Source: Candidatus Zixiibacteriota bacterium (GTDB lineage Bacteria > Zixibacteria > MSB-5A5 > GN15 > JAAZOE01). Taken from it: DNA of 64,000 bases. The position numbers and the translations under genes were made by a program. Below are positions 9,256-18,717 of the stretch, in pieces; position 1 is the first letter of the stretch; each line of letters opens with the position of its first letter. A model generated the notes under the pieces. It made no database searches and was not told where the DNA came from. It saw only the letters and a program-made list of their open reading frames with translations. The DNA lies in assembly GCA_043819555.1 (NCBI GenBank), contig JBDREQ010000063.1, positions 117,486-181,485 on the forward strand, given 5' to 3'.

Positions 9256-9820
9256 CTTTTGCCTTTTCAATATCGGTCAATCGTCCGCTCGCTTTTTTGA
9301 ATGAAATATTTTTAAGCTGCGGATCCGACTGCATTCCTTCTTTGCTTGTCAGAGTATCGCCCCCCGGTCGGATAATAGTTACAAAACTATCGGTCACAAC
9401 CGAGTCTTTCTTGCCGTCCCATTCGAGATATTCCGTCAGGAGAGTCACCGAATCCTCGCCAATTAGAACAACCGCGCCGTTGACTGCCAAAAAATTATCA
9501 TCCTGGCGAATGTAGCCTTGATTGGAAGTTAATGTTGATAACCTTTGCCCTAAAGAATCATAAAATTCGGCGTGCAGGTTTATGGCGATGGTCGAATCGC
9601 GCTGAGTAAACTGCCGAATCTCATCGGCGAGCAGATCGGTTGTCTTATAGCCCTTCTTGTATAGATAAATATGGGCGTTTGACGTAACCTGGTCGGGCTG
9701 AATTGAATCGATCAGGGTGATTGAGGATTGAGGCGGACGGGTAGTTTCCTCACCGCAGGCCATCATCAAACTGCAGGCTATAATCATGGAGAAAAAAATA
9801 ATTTTTCCAGATAACTTCAC
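9242..9820 (-). CDS. lptC: LPS export periplasmic protein LptC
   Basis: N-terminal lipoprotein-like signal; beta-jellyroll pattern EFYDSLG..STLTSNQG, TLLTEYLEWD, TDSFVTI, GMQSDPQL. Confidence 0.8.
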   Translation of the reverse strand: MKLSGKIIFFSMIIACSLMMACGEETTRPPQSSITLIDSIQPDQVTSNAHIYLYKKGYKTTDLLADEIRQFTQRDSTIAINLHAEFYDSLGQRLSTLTSNQGYIRQDDNFLAVNGAVVLIGEDSVTLLTEYLEWDGKKDSVVTDSFVTIIRPGGDTLTSKEGMQSDPQLKNISFKKASGRLTDIEKAKDANR

Positions 9821-10108
9821 GTTAATACCTCATTTATTTCTATCGACAAAATTATCACCGATATTCATCGATACTCTGATATGTTTTACAATTGTCCAGA
9901 CCAGAAGATAACCAATCTTTGAAAAATATCAACCGCCGCACTTCTGAAAATTGGGAAGATTTCGCCGCAAGCAGGCTTCACAATTCTGGTATTTTTATCG
10001 TTTGTGGAAATTTGCCGCGCACAAGGTGCGAAGTTGACTCCGCCGAATAATCCATCGTAAGCCCGCCCGATAGTTTCTATAGCATAAGTTGTTTAAGGTT
10101 TTGAATTG

Positions 10109-10640
10109 GCTGAGATACAAATTTCAAGTGTTAGCTTTTTTTGCAGAGGGTACCACTTGTGTCCTCGACCAGGAATCATGCCAACCTTTACCCTGAGAAG
10201 AAAAGAGAATAGACAAAGGCTCTATTGGAATAAAACGAACGAGTGTGCGAATCGCGACTTGCCCAAAGCTTGGTTTCTGTCCATTGGCAGATAACACCTC
10301 AGTATGTGTGATGGCTTTCCCGATTGTACGACCAAAGAAATATTCGCACACAAGATAATAGGCAACGATTGTCAAAATGACTTGAGCTTTGGAATTCACA
10401 AAATGTGCACGCAGGAGAGTGAATGCCATATCTATCAGGATCGAAAGCACCAATGCAGCCACCATATCGACGAACCCGTTTGTTAACCGACGCCACTTTG
10501 AAACGGTCCCGGATGTCACTTTCCAAGTGCGGGTAAGTAGTATCAGCAGAGCCCCGATGACCAGGAAAAATAGTATTAACTCATAGATCCCCGTCCCAAA
10601 CATCCTGACTTCCTTCGTCTGACTCGCTTTATATCTCAGC
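10109..10640. repeat. 13-bp inverted repeat pair bracketing the RDD gene
   Basis: GCTGAGATACAAA (10109-10121) and TTTATATCTCAGC (10628-10640), 12/13 complementary. Confidence 0.5.
10124..10603 (-). CDS. RDD family membrane protein
   Basis: WRRL..GFVD, YYLVCEYFFGRTIGK, IRTLVRFIP, GWHDSWSRTQVV. Confidence 0.9.
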   Translation of the reverse strand: MFGTGIYELILFFLVIGALLILLTRTWKVTSGTVSKWRRLTNGFVDMVAALVLSILIDMAFTLLRAHFVNSKAQVILTIVAYYLVCEYFFGRTIGKAITHTEVLSANGQKPSFGQVAIRTLVRFIPIEPLSILFSSQGKGWHDSWSRTQVVPSAKKANT

Positions 10641-10831
10641 TATTGGCCCGCTGCAGCCGTTTTGCATGAGTATATGTAGATATTTTATAGATTCCTGTCA
10701 ATTCAAATCTGTATCCCGCCCCGCTATGATAAAAATCAAGCTGGGGGGCAGCCCGCAAGGAGCTTTAAAATTAAATAAAAGAATCGTTAGTTTGGGACAA
10801 TCTCTGGACACCTGCCCGGTTCGTTTAGTAT

Positions 10832-12100
10832 TTATTCAATATTTAAATTTGATAAAATGTCTCTGGCGTTTTGATTATTGGGATTCAACTCAAGTGATTT
10901 CCTGTAAATGATTATGGCATTAGCCGTATCCCCTTTGGCAAGCAAGGCTTCTGCGAAACTGTCATAGGCATTAAAGGAAGTGGGATTCAAAATAGCACTT
11001 AACCTGAAAAATCCCACTGCTTCATCAATTTTGTCGGACAACAGCCGTTGATATCCTAATTGATTCATGCGGTTTTCATCGAAAGGAAAATTTCCAGAGT
11101 CAATCTTGCCGGACATCACCATATTTTCAATATAGGCATCTATACTATTCTGCGCGATATATTCAAAAAATGAGTTTTCCGAATAAAAATTTTTCACAAG
11201 GGCGTTGAATTCGTCAGGGTGTTCCATATGCGCCAGGTGGCCCGCATTTTTCATTATGTATCGACGGGAATTTTCTATTCCGGCCTCGATAACACCCGCA
11301 TGGGCATGAAGGTCCGGTAAATCGGATTCTCCAATCACGAGCAGCACAGGGACTTTTATTTCATTCAAATTAGGCATTGCCGGTCTTTCGGGATCTTTGG
11401 CAAGTGTGAAATTAGTTCTTTGCAGATTGTGCAAATTGGCCGTTATGATTCGGTCGGCGTACAATCGGACCTGCTGGTTTTCCTTAATGATGGAATATGG
11501 ATCGACATGATATAGGTAAAAACGATAATCATCGTAGCTTTTAAATGAAGCCGGATCAAAATACCCTCCCCGAGTCAGACAATGTTCACTGTAACCATAG
11601 CCGCTAACAACAGCTCCCACCAAAACAAGTGAGATTACTTTATCGGGATGAGCCAGAGTAAAATCGATGGCCAAGCCGCCCCCGGCAGAACATCCGATCA
11701 AATGAGCCTGATTGACTCCAAGCTGGTCGAAAACGGCCAAAAGGTCCTGTATGGGAGAAAATAATTCCGTCGGCTGGCTTGATCGGCCATATCCACGGCG
11801 GTCATATCGAATAACTTCATAATCTTCTGCAAAGACGCCAAATTGAAAATCATAGGTTTCCCGATGTAAAATCCCGTCATGGATAAAAATAAGTTGTTCA
11901 CCTTCACCCGATATTTCATAAAACAATTGCCCGCCCTCAACCTGGACAAAACCGCTGTCGGTAATATTCAGAATGGGCTTTTCCGGGATATTTTCCTGTG
12001 CCATGATATTGTATTCCCATGTTGAAATAAATATGACCGCCAAAATCCAAATAATAGTCCAACAACTATTAACCTTGTTTTTGATTTGATTTTTCTTCAT
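10832..12100 (-). CDS. Exported alpha/beta hydrolase with C-terminal TPR
   Basis: YDRRGYGRS, GCSAGG nucleophile elbow, GESD, AGHLAH; TPR NAYDSFAEALL...YRKSLELNPNN. Confidence 0.88.
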   Translation of the reverse strand: MKKNQIKNKVNSCWTIIWILAVIFISTWEYNIMAQENIPEKPILNITDSGFVQVEGGQLFYEISGEGEQLIFIHDGILHRETYDFQFGVFAEDYEVIRYDRRGYGRSSQPTELFSPIQDLLAVFDQLGVNQAHLIGCSAGGGLAIDFTLAHPDKVISLVLVGAVVSGYGYSEHCLTRGGYFDPASFKSYDDYRFYLYHVDPYSIIKENQQVRLYADRIITANLHNLQRTNFTLAKDPERPAMPNLNEIKVPVLLVIGESDLPDLHAHAGVIEAGIENSRRYIMKNAGHLAHMEHPDEFNALVKNFYSENSFFEYIAQNSIDAYIENMVMSGKIDSGNFPFDENRMNQLGYQRLLSDKIDEAVGFFRLSAILNPTSFNAYDSFAEALLAKGDTANAIIIYRKSLELNPNNQNARDILSNLNIE

Positions 12101-12262
12101 TTATCACTCCTAATATACAGAACCTTCTTTGATAAAATAATTTTATAATGCCGAATCAAGATTTGTTTTTTGCGCCAATAACTTATCGACGAAAAACTAG
12201 GCTGGGTTTTTTAGGGACCGAATCAAGTTTTTGAATCACTAAGGAATTATTTAAATTAATAG

Positions 12263-12352
12263 AACAGGGCAGTGGAGCTGGGATTACTCACGGCCGAGGA
12301 ATTCGACGAGAAGGTAAGACCGGAGGATATGGCAAGGCCCAAGAGGGGATAA
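12263..12352 (+). pseudogene. fumC: Orphan 3'-terminal fragment of a class II fumarase/aspartase-family gene
   Basis: Translates NRAVELGLLTAEEFDEKVRPEDMARPKRG*, matching the FumC C-terminal pattern LGxLTxEEFDxxVRPExM. In-frame stops lie immediately upstream. Confidence 0.7.
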
Positions 12353-12363
12353 TCCCTCTTTTT
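12341..12363 (+). terminator. Terminator overlapping the fumC fragment stop
   Basis: AAGAGGG-GATAAT-CCCTCTT followed by TTT. Confidence 0.6.
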
Positions 12364-12403
12364 GCTGTCGCCCGATTCAATAATACAATTATGCAACTAT
12401 TCG

Positions 12404-12431
12404 GGCGGCCTATTGAGGCCGCCTTTTTTTT
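12404..12431 (+). terminator. Intrinsic terminator
   Basis: GGCGGCC-TATTGA-GGCCGCC followed by T8. Confidence 0.8.
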
Positions 12432-12483
12432 GCAACTAATCCAGATTTGCCTTATATTAATCATGCCAAAACCAAGGTGGATT

Positions 12484-13038
12484 ATGCAACATGCAGTCAC
12501 TCTTACTTTTGATAAAGAAGCCACTTCATTATTGCGAAGCGCCTGGCAAAGTATCGTAGATGCGGGTTTGCCTCAGCCGTTATTTAATACTGATGTGCGG
12601 CCCCATATAACATTAAGTGTATGCGGCCATCTTGATAAGGAACGCTTTTTTATTGAACTCAAAGAATGGACTGCGAGTAATTTACAATTTAATATCAGGA
12701 TTTCGAGCGTCGGGCTGTTTACAACTAATCAACTAGTGCTTTATTACAGTATCACTCCGACCGAATACCTGATTCAGCTTCACCGGAAATTCCATGATAT
12801 GTTTTCTCATTATGCCGAAAACGTCTGGGATTATTTTCATCCCGGTATCTGGGTCCCCCATGTGACGATGTCGGAAGGGTTGAAGGCGGAACAAATTTCT
12901 AAGGCGGTAAACATCGCGTCTCGATTTGAGTTTCCTCTTGTTTGTCGGGCCGAGGAGATTGTCCTGGTGGATGTAAAGAAATTGAGAGAAATTAACGCAT
13001 TCAAATTAGGCCAGGGAGAAGCTACCCACCCGTTATAG
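12484..13038 (+). CDS. 2H phosphoesterase (2'-5' RNA ligase-like) family protein
   Basis: Two HxT motifs (PHITL, PHVTM). ATG 12484 follows AAGGTGG; earlier starts run through a terminator. Confidence 0.85.
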   Translation: MQHAVTLTFDKEATSLLRSAWQSIVDAGLPQPLFNTDVRPHITLSVCGHLDKERFFIELKEWTASNLQFNIRISSVGLFTTNQLVLYYSITPTEYLIQLHRKFHDMFSHYAENVWDYFHPGIWVPHVTMSEGLKAEQISKAVNIASRFEFPLVCRAEEIVLVDVKKLREINAFKLGQGEATHPL

Positions 13039-13076
13039 GGACATCACATCGTCACTTTTACCGCTTTCGACCTTGC

Positions 13077-14072
13077 TTATTTTTCCGGTCTGAATTTTTC
13101 AATAATTTTGGCATCAACCCAGAAAAGAGTCGCGTAGCCGTTTTCCGGCGAGCGGTAGAGCTCGATGTATTGATCAAAATTTTTGCCTTTGAATGATTCC
13201 GGATCAATAGCACGATAACTGGAGAAGAATATATATTTGCCGTCGGGCGACAGGCAGGGATCAAATTCACTGGCCGGAGAATTCACGTCCTTTCCCAGGA
13301 TAACCGGGCTTGACCAGATTCCGTCATTATTTTTGAAACTGACAAAGATATCATTGTTGTATGAACCAGTCAGGCGATTGGAATAAAAAAGGATAAAGCT
13401 TTCATCGGGGGCGATCGCGGGGTGGCCTTCGACTCCAGAAGAGTTGATGTCCGCCAGATTTTCCGGGGGTTGATACTGGCCATTTTCGAAGCGCGACAAA
13501 TATATATCGAACTGGCGGTTTTTATCATAATCTCCCTGAATGTACATATTCCCATTAGCCGCGATCGATCCGATGCCTTCGATGCCGGACGTATTCAGGG
13601 GAGCGCCCATGACAGTCGGTTCCGACCGTCCTTCGGCCATTTTTTCGACATACCAAATGTTGTGTAATTTAAGGGTTGTATCATTAGGAGCAGGGCGGTT
13701 GGAAGTAAAGTAAATGCCTTTGCCATCATGTGAAAATGCAACTGAAATATCTTTATACTCGCCCGACCAGGGAAGGATTTCGGGTGAACCCCAGACCCCG
13801 TTTTTTTCTTTAATTGATACCATGGCGTAATGAGAATAATTATTATCCGTCATGATATAATACAGTTCTTTGCCGTCAGATGAAAACGTCGCGCCAAGCT
13901 CATGAAATCCACGTGAAATAATCCCCGGCGCAAAAATCTCAGGGATGGTATCGGGCGGTGTTTGGCCAAGGTACGGGCCGCGCAATTCAGGAATTTTTTC
14001 CTGTGTTGAGCAGCCGTAAATGCATAATGATAACAAAATGCTCATGAGTATTATAGTATTTTTTGAATTCAT
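13077..14072 (-). CDS. PD40/WD40-like beta-propeller lipoprotein
   Basis: IYGC lipobox, GPYLGQTPP..PEIFAPGIIS, repeated SPDGKYIFFSS-type motifs. Confidence 0.85.
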   Translation of the reverse strand: MNSKNTIILMSILLSLCIYGCSTQEKIPELRGPYLGQTPPDTIPEIFAPGIISRGFHELGATFSSDGKELYYIMTDNNYSHYAMVSIKEKNGVWGSPEILPWSGEYKDISVAFSHDGKGIYFTSNRPAPNDTTLKLHNIWYVEKMAEGRSEPTVMGAPLNTSGIEGIGSIAANGNMYIQGDYDKNRQFDIYLSRFENGQYQPPENLADINSSGVEGHPAIAPDESFILFYSNRLTGSYNNDIFVSFKNNDGIWSSPVILGKDVNSPASEFDPCLSPDGKYIFFSSYRAIDPESFKGKNFDQYIELYRSPENGYATLFWVDAKIIEKFRPEK

Positions 14073-14372
14073 GATTTCCTCCAGCCAATTTGATTTTCAA
14101 TTCGGGTATAAGTTTAATTACCGCCTGGCTGGATAATAAGAAAATAATGACATCAGAGCCAAGTAAATCATTTGCGAAAAAAGGCGGTGTAATTCAGAGT
14201 TCAAAAAAATAGCTCCAATGGACTCTTTCCTTTAGCTGATATCATTATGAATGCTTTTTCATAATCTTCCCGTTATTACTGAATGCCATATTGATTTTGG
14301 AATTCTACAGTTATTGCAGTAATAACAAAGATAAGAACAAGATTGCTCAATTATTCTTTGGGAAAGATAATT

Positions 14373-14408
14373 AAAAAACCCGCGAGATATAAACCTCACA
14401 GGTTTTTA
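14373..14408 (-). terminator. Intrinsic terminator of thiolase/hydratase-dehydrogenase operon
   Basis: Minus strand ACCTGTGAG-GTTTATAT-CTCGCGGGT followed by a U-tract. Confidence 0.7.
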
Positions 14409-14433
14409 TTCAACAAAAATATATTGTAATTGC

Positions 14434-16518
14434 CTAAACCGACATTACTTTGACGGCTTCGGAACCAATCATTCCTTTTTGGCAATATTTACTGCTCATG
14501 AAATCAGCCGAATGTTTGGCTTGAATATTCAAAGCCTCGCCAATCGGGCTTTCGCAGGAATTTCTTATACAATTCAAAATAGCCTTGCGAGCCGCTTCGG
14601 TGGCCGGGTTTCCGGAATCAGTCAAACCCAAATCGGCCGGGATTCCGCTAAGAGGTTTTTCCTCGACCTTCCTGAGGGGAATGTTGTGACCGCCTCCGGA
14701 CGCAATCGACCAGGCAATTTTGATTGCCTCTTCCATTGGGCCGGCAAAATCAGTCAACCAGCCGACTGAATCTTTGGCTTTGACAAATTTGCCGGTTAAA
14801 AGCAGGTGCATAACTTTGGTCCAGTCATCTGATTTGGCTTTCCTGAGCGGCCAATGACACCCTTCCATACCCGGGACGACCGGGAGTGTAACTTCCGGCA
14901 TTCCAAATTGGCCGCCTTCGTCGGAAACCAGATAGTGACAGTGCATCAATAATTCCAGCATACCGCCGAGGCATCTTTTGCCATTTAAGAATCCGACCGA
15001 TACTTTGAATTCATCATTAAAACGGCGGGCAGTTCTGGACCAATTGGTGGAAATTTCCAAACCCTTTTCCAGTTCTTTCAGCGCCGGGTAGAAATCGCTG
15101 GTATCGGCCCCGACCATCTGCGTCGACAGATGGAAATCGCCAGTGAGAATCACTCTTTCAATGCCATCCGCCTTCAGCCAATCGATAGCTCGGTTTAATT
15201 CAGCATTGACCTCGTTGTTATAGCTCTCCCGATTGATGCTGATTACTCCTATAGTCCCGTCATGTTCGGCATTAACATACAGTTGTTGCCAATCGAAATC
15301 ATTTATCTTGTCGAAAACTTCCGGATGCCACGAACCGCCTTTGGCTTCCGGGTGAAGAGTATGATATGCTTCGACGGTTTTGATTGCTTTTTCAGCGCCG
15401 AGATCACGAATGGCCGCCATGATACCATTGCGAAACTGGGCGCAAATCTCACCGATAGCATTGATGTGCGAGAAATGGGAACGATTTTCATAGATCATCA
15501 ATGATGTCATTTGAATCATCGGCCCGAAAAGCCAATTGCGCATCTCTTCGGTTTCGGCGTCATCAAGTTTCCAGTTCACAACCGGACGGAAATGATCAAG
15601 CGGATACCAGTTCTGGCCGGTTACTGAGCGTTCATTGAGTTCCGGAGTAGGCTCAAACAGTTCGCCGTAGTTTTTACTCAGGTGATGCAGGCATGACCAT
15701 GTCAGATAATTGGCCCCGGCCGCCCCAATGGCGTCGTGTGCCCGGAATGGATTTGGACCCATTATCTTTCGGACAAATTTGTCAATTTTCCAATATGGCA
15801 TATTGGACGCTCGATGATACCTGAGTCCCGCGAGCATCAAACCGCAGAAGAGGACATCAAGAACGAATGACCAGTTATCGCTGACCGGTACCGGAATCAT
15901 ACCGACGGCCCAGAATAATTTCGTGATAGGCGATGCCTCATCTTCGACAATTTCCCACATTTTATTTATCTGATGAGGGAAGGCTGGATGAGCGATGCCC
16001 ACTCCGAGTTCCGACTGTGGAAAACCGGACGTGACGGAACGAATTTGAATTTCAGGGAAGGTTTCACGGAAAACTTTATAATGTGCTTTTTTAATCTCAA
16101 GGATTTCCGGTATGGCTTCGAGTAGAAAGCGCGGATTCATGTTTTTCAAGGCAGATGGCAATTGTTTGCCATCGTAATTTAATCGAACAACGTTTGACAT
16201 AATTTTATCGGCTTGGCCTTGTCCGAATGCAGCCCTGAGACCCTGATACTGCGGACCGATGCCATCGGGGGCTCCGGGGAAATCAAGGCAGGCGACAGGG
16301 ATATCAAAAGGCATCAACCTCGAACCCAATTGCATTGTTTTGCCAGCGCCAACAATACCGTTAGCTCCGGAGATGACTAACGCTCCGCGATTGCCGGAGT
16401 TTCCAAATACCTGATCGACCAAATCATCGGCTCGGGCAGGGAGTTTTCCCTTTTGGAATATTTCCAGAACAGAACCGAGTCCCATCGTTTCCAGAGTAGA
16501 TTTTCTCATCTGTTTCAT
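14434..16518 (-). CDS. Bifunctional 3-hydroxyacyl-CoA dehydrogenase / enoyl-CoA hydratase (dehydrogenase N-terminal, crotonase C-terminal)
   Basis: GANGIVG Rossmann loop, LEAIPEILEIK, SVTSGF, GIAHPAFP..WEIV; C-terminal CLGGMLEL and FGMPEVTLPVVPG. Confidence 0.8.
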   Translation of the reverse strand: MKQMRKSTLETMGLGSVLEIFQKGKLPARADDLVDQVFGNSGNRGALVISGANGIVGAGKTMQLGSRLMPFDIPVACLDFPGAPDGIGPQYQGLRAAFGQGQADKIMSNVVRLNYDGKQLPSALKNMNPRFLLEAIPEILEIKKAHYKVFRETFPEIQIRSVTSGFPQSELGVGIAHPAFPHQINKMWEIVEDEASPITKLFWAVGMIPVPVSDNWSFVLDVLFCGLMLAGLRYHRASNMPYWKIDKFVRKIMGPNPFRAHDAIGAAGANYLTWSCLHHLSKNYGELFEPTPELNERSVTGQNWYPLDHFRPVVNWKLDDAETEEMRNWLFGPMIQMTSLMIYENRSHFSHINAIGEICAQFRNGIMAAIRDLGAEKAIKTVEAYHTLHPEAKGGSWHPEVFDKINDFDWQQLYVNAEHDGTIGVISINRESYNNEVNAELNRAIDWLKADGIERVILTGDFHLSTQMVGADTSDFYPALKELEKGLEISTNWSRTARRFNDEFKVSVGFLNGKRCLGGMLELLMHCHYLVSDEGGQFGMPEVTLPVVPGMEGCHWPLRKAKSDDWTKVMHLLLTGKFVKAKDSVGWLTDFAGPMEEAIKIAWSIASGGGHNIPLRKVEEKPLSGIPADLGLTDSGNPATEAARKAILNCIRNSCESPIGEALNIQAKHSADFMSSKYCQKGMIGSEAVKVMSV

Positions 16519-16520
16519 AA

Positions 16521-17729
16521 TTATTTACCCCCGTCCGTTACTTTAAGAATAGCCGCGATACCTACATCTCCGGCGGCGCATCCGAAAATAAGCACATAAC
16601 CTCCACCCAGCGTCACCGCTTCCTCCAAAGCTTCGATAGTAACCCGTGTCAGAGTCGGTCCCTGGGGGTGGCCCCAAACCAGGGGACAGCCGGTATTGTT
16701 CATATTGTGCCAGTCGTATTCAAGCACTTTGGAGAAAATGACATCATTGACGGCAAAGGGATTATGATTTTTTACGACAGTCATATCCGTCATCGTCAAG
16801 CCGGTTTTCTTTAAAAGTTTTTGCACAGCCAGCGCGGGAGATTCGGGCATTAAACTGGGTTGAGTGCGAATTTCTATTTTACCAACGAATCGGATATCGA
16901 TTTCCGGTCGCGGGCTGAGTTCTTTGGCTTTCTCCGGTGATGTAACCAGAAGCGTCGCCATGCCGTCCGAAGCGTGGGTTTGGGTACCGGCTGTGACGCC
17001 ATCATCAAGTTCAAACATGCCTCTCAGGCTATCCATAGTAACCTGCCTGATTCCCAAATCGTCATCAACTGTTCCCAAATACCGGCCCTGGACATTTAGA
17101 ACTTCCAGCGGAACAAGGATTTTATCAAAGAATCCCGATTTTTTTGTATCGAAATATTGCTGATAGCGATGGAAAGCCAGCTCATCCACTTCGCGGCGGT
17201 CACATTTATATTTTCGGGAAGCCTTTCCGGCGCAGGCGATCATTGCTTTCCCGGTTGCCGGATCAAATCCAAAATTATCCCAGACATCGCTTAGTGCGGC
17301 CGTTCTCTGATATGTCCTTCTTTCAGGAAACACTCCCACCGGGGAATCGCTTGTGCGATCAAAAGTCAAAACGCCGACAACATCGTGCGAGCCGCCATGA
17401 ACTTCCGATGCGGCCAGTACTATTGCCTGAAGACCTGTGGCGCAGGCCTGTTCCATATGATATCCGGGGATGCGAACGCCCATACAGCTGGATACAAGCG
17501 GGGCAGTCCAGAATTTCCAATGCCAGGGAATCGTCGATCCGATGACAAGATATTCAAGTTCGCTTACAGGGACTTTCCTTAATCCCAGGATTCGATTGGC
17601 CGCCTCCCCGGCAAATTGGCCGATATTAACTTCGGCCAATGCCGATGTTTGCCAGGCGGGGAAATAACTGCTTCCCCAGGTACCATAAGGTATCCTGGCG
17701 TTACCGAACATCATTTCGTCGGTTTTCAT
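16521..17729 (-). CDS. Thiolase family protein (HNPF variant)
   Basis: QACATG catalytic Cys, ASDG, KNHNPFAVND, GHPQGPT, GCAAGD. Confidence 0.88.
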   Translation of the reverse strand: MKTDEMMFGNARIPYGTWGSSYFPAWQTSALAEVNIGQFAGEAANRILGLRKVPVSELEYLVIGSTIPWHWKFWTAPLVSSCMGVRIPGYHMEQACATGLQAIVLAASEVHGGSHDVVGVLTFDRTSDSPVGVFPERRTYQRTAALSDVWDNFGFDPATGKAMIACAGKASRKYKCDRREVDELAFHRYQQYFDTKKSGFFDKILVPLEVLNVQGRYLGTVDDDLGIRQVTMDSLRGMFELDDGVTAGTQTHASDGMATLLVTSPEKAKELSPRPEIDIRFVGKIEIRTQPSLMPESPALAVQKLLKKTGLTMTDMTVVKNHNPFAVNDVIFSKVLEYDWHNMNNTGCPLVWGHPQGPTLTRVTIEALEEAVTLGGGYVLIFGCAAGDVGIAAILKVTDGGK

Positions 17730-17907
17730 TATTTTCCACTCCCATATAATTTGATATTATTTTTCGGTTTCGCAAATTGTATCATAATCTTATGAAATTA
17801 TAAGAAATTGCTTCACTTGGCAAGAGTCTGAAGATATTTTGTGACTGAATTTTAGTTAAATATCACATGAGGGATAAAAATAATCATATTTAATTGTCGG
17901 ACATAAT

Positions 17908-18717
17908 TTATTTTTGGGATTTGAGAGCCAGGGCCGCTTCAAGCGCCCCGCCGGCGATGGCATTGGCTTTGTCAGATATTCGAAAACAAAAATCACGTTT
18001 TCCCCGCGGATCAATATCGCCAATTTTCTGACCCTGTTTGACTTCACTACCGTTTGCAATCAATCCCCTGATAATACCGCTTGTTCCGCAAGCAACGGCA
18101 GTATCGCCAATTTTTCCTATCTCCTGCCCAATATGAACTTTGTTGGTGATCTCATAATCAGGCATGAAAATGCCATTGCCCGGCGCTCTCAATACCCGCG
18201 CTTCGCTGATACCATCAACGCTGGCCGGAGTGCCGGTATGTGCCTGCGTCGAACCATCGTACAAGACCCGTCCCAGATCAAAACCCCGATTTGTCTCAAT
18301 AGCGGCATGGCAATTTTCTCCGACGGTAAATCCGGGACCGAGACCGATGACAACGGGAGCCATATCGAGATTAGTATCATTTTTGGTTTTCATCATGCGG
18401 GCGTCTATCAGAAAATATGGATTAAGTAATTTGAGGCATTCGGCATCGGGATCAATCAAAATTGGTACGCGTCGCGATTTAAGTGCAGACAAGGCATCAA
18501 TTACCGACGATGCCAATTTCGCAGTAACGCCTTCAATTGTTACCTCTTTTTGATGGACGGCTTCGGCAAAACATACTTTGCGCCTGATACATGTTGGGGA
18601 AGGTTTTTCAAGAGCCACGACATCAAATCCGGCAATAAAAAGTTTCTTTATCACTCCGGATGCCATTTCCCCGGCGCCGCGAACGATAATTAAATTTCGA
18701 TTAATCTCTTCTGTCAT
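17908..18717 (-). CDS. yqeB: Selenium-dependent molybdenum hydroxylase system protein YqeB (EF2563 family)
   Basis: VRGAGEMASG, IRRKVCFAEAV, IGLGPGF, KIGDIDPRG, ISDKANAIAGGALEA. Confidence 0.9.
   Translation of the reverse strand: MTEEINRNLIIVRGAGEMASGVIKKLFIAGFDVVALEKPSPTCIRRKVCFAEAVHQKEVTIEGVTAKLASSVIDALSALKSRRVPILIDPDAECLKLLNPYFLIDARMMKTKNDTNLDMAPVVIGLGPGFTVGENCHAAIETNRGFDLGRVLYDGSTQAHTGTPASVDGISEARVLRAPGNGIFMPDYEITNKVHIGQEIGKIGDTAVACGTSGIIRGLIANGSEVKQGQKIGDIDPRGKRDFCFRISDKANAIAGGALEAALALKSQK

Noticed and set aside
10124..10140. GCTAAC at the RDD gene end as an integron attC inverse core
   Set aside because: No matching GTTRRRY with an attC-like palindrome downstream, no cassette array and no integrase.
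12391..12483. Longer start for the 2H phosphoesterase
   Set aside because: It runs through a strong terminator hairpin; a better RBS precedes ATG 12484.
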